This document shows, piece by piece, positions 58,954-64,000 of a stretch of 64,000 bases of DNA. The notes beneath the pieces were generated by a model. It was not told the origin of the DNA, made no database searches, and saw only the letters and a list, made by a program, of their open reading frames with translations. Source of the stretch: Bacteroidota bacterium. Lineage in GTDB: Bacteria; Bacteroidota; Ignavibacteria; Ignavibacteriales; Melioribacteraceae. The stretch covers positions 5,374 through 69,373 of the forward strand of contig JAHJTX010000313.1 of NCBI GenBank assembly GCA_018829545.1. The letters run 5' to 3'. Positions within the stretch are counted from its first letter, which is position 1; every line of letters begins with the position of its first letter. A program made the translations under genes and the position numbers.

Positions 58954-60048
58954 GTGGAAGAGAAAAGAGTAATTGTTGCAATGAGCGGAGGAGTGGATTC
59001 ATCCGTGGCAGCGGCATTACTACATGAAGAAGGCTACGAAGTCATAGGAATCACGATGAAAACCTGGGGATTTATGGAAGTTGGCGGCGCGCCGAAACAC
59101 GAATCCGGCTGCTGTTCCCTTGACGCAATTTTTGACGCGAAGAACGTGGCAAGTTCATTTGGTATTCCGCATTATACCGTAGATTTTACAAAACCATTTG
59201 AGGAAGCAGTAATAACAAATTTTGTTGATGAATATTTAAGCGGAAGAACGCCAAATCCATGTGTGGTATGCAATAGAAAAATTAAGTGGGAAGAATTATT
59301 GATAAAAGCAGATTCACTTGATGCAAAATATGTTTCTACCGGGCATTACGCTAATATTGAGTATAAGGAAGAAACAAATAGATATTGTTTAAAAACATCC
59401 GCCGATGATCATAAAGATCAAACATACGCTTTGTGGGGTCTTACACAGGAGAGTTTGAGCAGAACATTATTTCCGCTCGCAAAATACACAAAGCAAGAAA
59501 TTCGAAATTTGGCAAAAAAGTTTAATCTAAAAACTGCTTCAAAGCCGGATAGCCAGGAGATTTGCTTCGTCGCTGATAATAATTATGAGAGATTTTTAAG
59601 AGAGCGCATTCCCGACGTTATTGAAGGAATTAAAGAAGGTGACTTTATTTACAAAGGTGAAGTTGTTGGAAAACATAAAGGTATTCCTTTTTATACGGTT
59701 GGTCAGAGAAAAGGATTAGGAATAGCGCTCGGTAAACCGATATATGTAAAAAATATTAATACAACTAATAACATAATTGAATTAGGCGATAAATTAGATC
59801 TTTTAGAGAAGGATTTGACAGCGGAAGATGTTAATTTTGTAAGTGTGGAAAAACTTGAAGTCGGGTCAAAAGTTCTGGCTAAAATCAGGTATTCGGATCA
59901 AGGTTCTTTAGCCGAAGTAGTTGAAGCGGACGAGAAAAGTTTTAGTATTCATTTTTATAAAGAAAAAAGTGCAATAACTCCCGGACAGTCGGTTGTTCTT
60001 TATGATGCTTCCGGATATCTTTTGGCGGGAGGAATAATTTCCAAATAA
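58954..60048 (+). CDS. mnmA: tRNA 2-thiouridine(34) synthase
   Basis: PP-loop VAMSGGVDSSVAA, NPCVVCN and TGHYA motifs. GTG start. Confidence 0.95.
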   Translation: MEEKRVIVAMSGGVDSSVAAALLHEEGYEVIGITMKTWGFMEVGGAPKHESGCCSLDAIFDAKNVASSFGIPHYTVDFTKPFEEAVITNFVDEYLSGRTPNPCVVCNRKIKWEELLIKADSLDAKYVSTGHYANIEYKEETNRYCLKTSADDHKDQTYALWGLTQESLSRTLFPLAKYTKQEIRNLAKKFNLKTASKPDSQEICFVADNNYERFLRERIPDVIEGIKEGDFIYKGEVVGKHKGIPFYTVGQRKGLGIALGKPIYVKNINTTNNIIELGDKLDLLEKDLTAEDVNFVSVEKLEVGSKVLAKIRYSDQGSLAEVVEADEKSFSIHFYKEKSAITPGQSVVLYDASGYLLAGGIISK

Positions 60049-60109
60049 TTTTTTATGTGAGGCAGTCTTCGAAAGTAGCAAGTTAAATGGCGCGTTAAAT
60101 GCAAAGGTA

Positions 60110-60598
60110 TTGTTGCTTAACCAGAGTTATGAACCAATCACAATTTGTAATGTAAAAAAAGCAATAATTCTAATCTTTTTGGGGAAAGCGGAGTTAGTTG
60201 CAAAGAGTACCACAAAAATTTTGCATACAAGTCGGAGTACATTTCCCTGGCCAACAGTTATCCGGCTCAATAGATATCGAAAGATACCTCATAAAAGTAT
60301 AATTCTTTCGCGGAAGAATATTTTTAAAAGGGATAAACACATTTGCGGATACTGCGGAAGAGGAGACCTTCCTTTAACTGTTGATCACATCATTCCAAGA
60401 GCAAGAGGCGGCGAGGATACGTGGGATAACTTAATTTCCGCTTGTTTGCCGTGCAATAATAGAAAAGGCGATAATACGCTAGAAGTAGCTGGTCTAAAAT
60501 TGCTCACAAAACCTTACAAACCGAATTACATCATGTTTCTTACAACTTCTTTCGGACGAATTGATTCTACCTGGAAACCATATTTGTTTCAACGGTAA
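60110..60598 (+). CDS. HNH endonuclease-family protein
   Basis: 162 aa. CGYCGR...LTVDHIIPRARGGEDTWDNLISACLPCNNRKG is a complete HNH/zinc-finger motif. TTG start. Confidence 0.85.
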   Translation: MLLNQSYEPITICNVKKAIILIFLGKAELVAKSTTKILHTSRSTFPWPTVIRLNRYRKIPHKSIILSRKNIFKRDKHICGYCGRGDLPLTVDHIIPRARGGEDTWDNLISACLPCNNRKGDNTLEVAGLKLLTKPYKPNYIMFLTTSFGRIDSTWKPYLFQR

Positions 60599-60669
60599 AT
60601 ACTGAGGTAAAAAGTATTTTTTTTTACTATCTTTCGCTCGTTTAAAAACCTTAATAAAATGTTGAAAAT

Positions 60670-61650
60670 ATGGCAAAAAAGAGGATTCTTAGTGGAATGC
60701 GTCCGACCGGGAAATTACACATCGGGCATTTTGTTGGAGCTTTAGAAAATTGGGTAATACTTCAAAATGAATTTGAAAGTTACCACTTGATTGCGGATTA
60801 TCATGTTTTAACCACAAGTTTGAATACGAACGAAATTTATGATAATTCAGTCGAAATGCTGATTGATTGGCTCGCCGTTGGATTAGACCCGGGAAAAAGT
60901 CCTATGTTTAGGCAATCGCAGATTAAGGAACATACTGAATTGCATCTATTGTTTTCGATGCTCGTTACTGCCGCACGCCTCGAAAGAAATCCGACCGTAA
61001 AAGAGCAGGTGCGGAATTTGAATATTGATAATATAATTTATGGTCATCTCGGCTATCCTATTTTGCAGTCTGCAGATATTCTTTTATACAAAGGTGAAGC
61101 GGTTCCGGTTGGAGACGATCAAGTTCCTCATGTTGAAATTACCAGAGAAATTGCGCGTAAGTTCAATTCTCTTTACGGAAATGTTTTCCCCGAACCTGAA
61201 CCTAAGCTGACAAAATTTGCGAGACTTCCGGGTTTAGACGGCGATGTAAAAATGAGCAAATCATTGAATAACACAATTCTGCTTTCTGATGCGCCGGAAA
61301 TTGTTAATCAGAAACTGAAAAAAGCAAAGACCGATCCTCAAAAATTAAGAAGAAATGACCCCGGTCGTCCGGAAGTGTGTTTGGTTTTTACTTACCATAA
61401 TAAATTTAATCCTTCAGAAACAGAAGAAATTGCAGAAGGATGCAGATCGGGAGCATTAGGCTGCGTTGACTGCAAACTTAAATGCGCGGAAAATATAAAC
61501 ACATTTCTTGTTCCAATAATAGAAAAGCGGCGTTCGCTTGAAGCAAACCTCGATTTTGTTAAAGATGTTCTTTCAGACGGCGAGCGCAAAGCCAAATTGG
61601 TTGCAGAGAGCACAATGAACGAAGTCCACAAAGCAATGAAGCTAGGTTAA
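60670..61650 (+). CDS. trpS: tryptophan--tRNA ligase
   Basis: Class I motifs KLHIGHF (HIGH) and KMSKS. 326 aa. An additional Cys cluster is described in findings. Confidence 0.95.
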   Translation: MAKKRILSGMRPTGKLHIGHFVGALENWVILQNEFESYHLIADYHVLTTSLNTNEIYDNSVEMLIDWLAVGLDPGKSPMFRQSQIKEHTELHLLFSMLVTAARLERNPTVKEQVRNLNIDNIIYGHLGYPILQSADILLYKGEAVPVGDDQVPHVEITREIARKFNSLYGNVFPEPEPKLTKFARLPGLDGDVKMSKSLNNTILLSDAPEIVNQKLKKAKTDPQKLRRNDPGRPEVCLVFTYHNKFNPSETEEIAEGCRSGALGCVDCKLKCAENINTFLVPIIEKRRSLEANLDFVKDVLSDGERKAKLVAESTMNEVHKAMKLG

Positions 61651-61652
61651 AT

Positions 61653-62375
61653 TTGTATAAGATAAAACTCTCAAATTTCGAAGGTCCGTTGGATTTGCTT
61701 CTTTTCTTCATTCGAAGAGATGAACTGGACATTTATGATATTCCGATTTCATATATCACAACTGAATTCATGGAATATCTAAAGCTGTTGGAGCAATTAG
61801 ACCTTGAGGCTGCAGGTGATTTTATTCTAATGGCGTCGACGCTAATGCAGATTAAAGTCAGGATGCTGCTCCCTAAAATGACTGATGAAAAGGGAGAAGA
61901 AATTGATCCGCGCGCTAATTTAGTTCAGGCGCTTCTGGAATACAAACAGTATAAAGAAATGGCTGAAGAGTTTTCGATATTTGAGTCTAATCAACGCATG
62001 TTGAGTTATAGAGGTAATTTTGATGCAGACGAAAAAGAAACTCCGGTTGAACTGAACACTCTTTTGAAAAACATTACAATTTATGATTTAATTAAAGCTT
62101 TTAAGCATGCTTTGGAGCAAAAACCGCATGAACCGGTGCATACAATCGAGAGAATAAGCGTTAGCATTGACGAGCAGATTAATCTTATTCTTGAAAAGGT
62201 TAAGACATTGAAGGAGTTGAGCTTTATTGAACTTATTATTGATATGAGAGAAAAAATTAGAATAATTGTGACATTTGTTGCGATGCTTGAGTTAATTAAA
62301 ATGGGGAAAATTGGGTTACGCGAATCGGTGAATTTTAACGATTTTGTTATTTATCAAGTGGAATTAGATGGATAA
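61653..62375 (+). CDS. scpA: segregation and condensation protein A
   Basis: FEGPLDLLLFFIRRDELDIYDIPI is the ScpA N-terminal signature. TTG start. Confidence 0.9.
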   Translation: MYKIKLSNFEGPLDLLLFFIRRDELDIYDIPISYITTEFMEYLKLLEQLDLEAAGDFILMASTLMQIKVRMLLPKMTDEKGEEIDPRANLVQALLEYKQYKEMAEEFSIFESNQRMLSYRGNFDADEKETPVELNTLLKNITIYDLIKAFKHALEQKPHEPVHTIERISVSIDEQINLILEKVKTLKELSFIELIIDMREKIRIIVTFVAMLELIKMGKIGLRESVNFNDFVIYQVELDG

Positions 62376-63021
62376 AATTTACGAATCTATTATTGAATCT
62401 TTAATTTTTGCTTCAGATGATCCGTTACCTGGGTCGGAAATCGTTAAAGCCATCAAAGAGATTGACGGTGATGAAATTCCTCTTACGAGCGAAGAAGTTG
62501 AAAAAGCCGTGGAAATGTTAAATGTGCGTTATAAATTAAATGATATTGCATTCAGAATTATTGCAGTTGCGGGCGGTTACCTTTATGCAACTATTCCGGA
62601 GAACGCAAAATATGTCGGGTTCTTGTCTTCCGTCAGAAGTAAAAGAAGACTCAGCCAGGTGGCATTGGAAACTTTATCGATAATTGCATACAAGCAGCCG
62701 ATTACAAAACCGGAAATTGAGCAAATCAGGGGAGTAAATTCTGATTACATGATGAATACTCTTCTTGAGAAAAATTTGATTACGATCAAGGGAAGAGCGG
62801 AAACAATTGGAAGACCGCTGCTGTATGGAACAACCGATGAATTTCTTAAGTATTTTGGATTGAATGCACTTAAAGACCTTCCAAGACCAAGAGAGATTGA
62901 CGAAATTATGAAAGATGAAGACTTTCTTGAGCAGAAGAGAAAAATTATGATGAATGAATTGGAAGAAATAATTGAAAACGAAACAAATACAACAGACGAT
63001 GACACATCTGAGACTGAATAA
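62368..63021 (+). CDS. scpB: segregation and condensation protein B
   Basis: IESLIFASDDPL and LETLSIIAYKQPITKPEIEQIRGV motifs. Overlaps scpA by 8 nt. Confidence 0.9.
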   Translation: MDKIYESIIESLIFASDDPLPGSEIVKAIKEIDGDEIPLTSEEVEKAVEMLNVRYKLNDIAFRIIAVAGGYLYATIPENAKYVGFLSSVRSKRRLSQVALETLSIIAYKQPITKPEIEQIRGVNSDYMMNTLLEKNLITIKGRAETIGRPLLYGTTDEFLKYFGLNALKDLPRPREIDEIMKDEDFLEQKRKIMMNELEEIIENETNTTDDDTSETE

Positions 63022-63712
63022 ATATCTTTCCGAGTGTGGAATTGCATCCCGCAGGAAAGCCGAAGAACTCATAGTTCAAGGTAGAATCCAAATAAATGGA
63101 AAAACCGTAACAGATCTTTCTGTAAGAGTCGATCCAAACAATGACATGGTGCGTTTTGACGGAGATATAATCAAAACAGCTAGAAAAGTATACTTTCTAT
63201 TGAATAAACCTAAAGGCGTTATCACATCTACAAAGGATGAAAAAAACAGAAAAACTGTTGTTGATTTAATTGCAACTCACGAAGCAATTTTTCCTATTGG
63301 AAGATTAGACTTCAACACAACCGGCACTCTGCTTTTAACCAATGACGGTGATTTTGCAAATTTACTGATGCATCCGCGTAATAAAATTCCTCGCGAATAT
63401 TCAGTCATTTTAGATAGGGAATTATCAGAAGAAGATAAGTTCAAACTGTTGAAAGGAATCTATATTGAAAACCGGAAGAGTAAATTCAATACCATTTCCT
63501 TTCCGAAGAAAAACAATTTTAAAAGTGTTTCTGTTACTACCGAAGAAGGTAGAAACCATTTCGTGAAAAATATATTCTCAGCGCTAGGATATACCGTTAA
63601 AAGTCTTCACCGGGAAAGATATGGAGATTTCAATGCATCAAGAATGAAATTCGGTGAATATATTCAGCTTAGAGAAAAAGATATTCATAAATTTATTAGC
63701 ATGATAAAATAG
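62999..63712 (+). CDS. rluB: pseudouridine synthase (RsuA/RluB family, S4 domain)
   Basis: RLNKYLSECGIASRRKAEELI S4 domain and the catalytic GRLDFNTTGTLLLTNDG. ATG at 62999 is preferred over 62972. Confidence 0.88.
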   Translation: MTHLRLNKYLSECGIASRRKAEELIVQGRIQINGKTVTDLSVRVDPNNDMVRFDGDIIKTARKVYFLLNKPKGVITSTKDEKNRKTVVDLIATHEAIFPIGRLDFNTTGTLLLTNDGDFANLLMHPRNKIPREYSVILDRELSEEDKFKLLKGIYIENRKSKFNTISFPKKNNFKSVSVTTEEGRNHFVKNIFSALGYTVKSLHRERYGDFNASRMKFGEYIQLREKDIHKFISMIK

Positions 63713-63715
63713 AAA

Positions 63716-64000
63716 ATGGGAGGAGTTTTGGATAACCAGATTCAATCAGATATAAATGATTTGATGACTAGAAGATTAGAAGAACTGCACGAGTTAAATA
63801 CCAACTGCATTGAAACTTATGCTTACAAATATGACGTTACTTCATATTCAACCGAAATTAAAAGTGATTACGAAAAGTATGAATCAAAAGACGTTGCTGT
63901 TGCCGGCAGAATAATGGCACTCAGACGAATGGGGAAAGCTTCATTTGTGCTTATTCAAGACAAACTTGGAAGAATTCAAATTTATCTTCGCGGCGATGAA
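63716..64000 (+). CDS. lysS: lysine--tRNA ligase, N-terminal part (runs off the right edge)
   Basis: My translation from ATG 63716 is MGGVLDNQIQSDINDLMTRRLEEL...VAVAGRIMALRRMGKASFVLIQDKLGRIQIYL. This is the class II LysRS anticodon-binding OB-fold pattern. Confidence 0.85.
   Translation, partial: MGGVLDNQIQSDINDLMTRRLEELHELNTNCIETYAYKYDVTSYSTEIKSDYEKYESKDVAVAGRIMALRRMGKASFVLIQDKLGRIQIYLRGDE

Noticed and set aside
60599-60669. Possible T-box or other leader riboswitch upstream of trpS
   Set aside because: The spacer is only about 70 nt. It consists of a weak AT-rich hairpin with a T-run (probably the HNH gene terminator) plus the RBS. That is far too short for a T-box, which needs about 200 nt or more.
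62674-63072. 132-aa and 100-aa minus-strand ORFs across scpB/rluB
   Set aside because: They lie antisense to two genes with strong family signatures. Their composition (Phe/Ser/Ile/Cys runs) is characteristic of antisense reading of an acidic, Lys/Glu-rich coding region.
1-64000. Search for a defence island, prophage or integrative element (integrase, transposase, RM, Cas, retron RT, Abi, CBASS or Thoeris-type genes)
   Set aside because: None of the ORF translations shows such signatures. The cyclase at 53718-55958 is a membrane CHASE2 sensor of class III, not a CD-NTase. The only accessory-type elements seen are the YefM-YoeB pair, the lone HNH protein and the three MITE copies.

Overview
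The window is about 64 kb of AT-rich, densely packed bacterial chromosome, with many 1-14 nt gene overlaps. It looks like core backbone, not an accessory island. Gene content and protein styles (PEGA, SPOR, Omp85, FadL and TolB-like proteins; sigma-54 regulator; type-2 IDI) suggest a Gram-negative organism of the FCB group, possibly Ignavibacteria-like. That taxonomic guess is inference only.

I support about 63 CDS:
- Purine and nucleotide metabolism: purC, guaB, purD.
- Phospholipid synthesis: pgsA, pgpA.
- DNA metabolism: cinA-thpR-recA-recX, polA, mutS2, ssb, scpAB.
- Translation: mnmA, trpS, lysS, rluB.
- Other functions: idi2-GGPPS-ptsH-ptsI, exbB-exbD-exbD, accC-BCCP, FadL/SGNH lipid uptake, ggt, acpS and two POT peptide transporters.

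I saw no rRNA, tRNA, CRISPR array, integrase, transposase, Cas, restriction-modification or phage genes.

The most interesting items:
1. A 119-bp MITE-like palindromic element occurs in three intergenic copies. Two copies are identical, one is inverted with 4 substitutions, and each is flanked by a 6-7 bp direct duplication.
2. A four-gene envelope signalling cluster: secreted protein, FecR-domain protein, 795-aa outer-membrane protein and CHASE2 class III nucleotide cyclase.
3. A 938-aa fusion of a HExxH peptidase-like domain, a TolB-like propeller and an Omp85 barrel, translationally coupled to a BamB-like lipoprotein.

Smaller observations: a YefM-YoeB toxin-antitoxin pair, an orphan sigma-54 response regulator operon, a pilin-like protein, a PabB-PabC fusion, a Cys4 motif in TrpRS and a hexamer repeat in the csp leader.

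All calls come from reading the ORF translations and the DNA by eye. No database search or computation was run.
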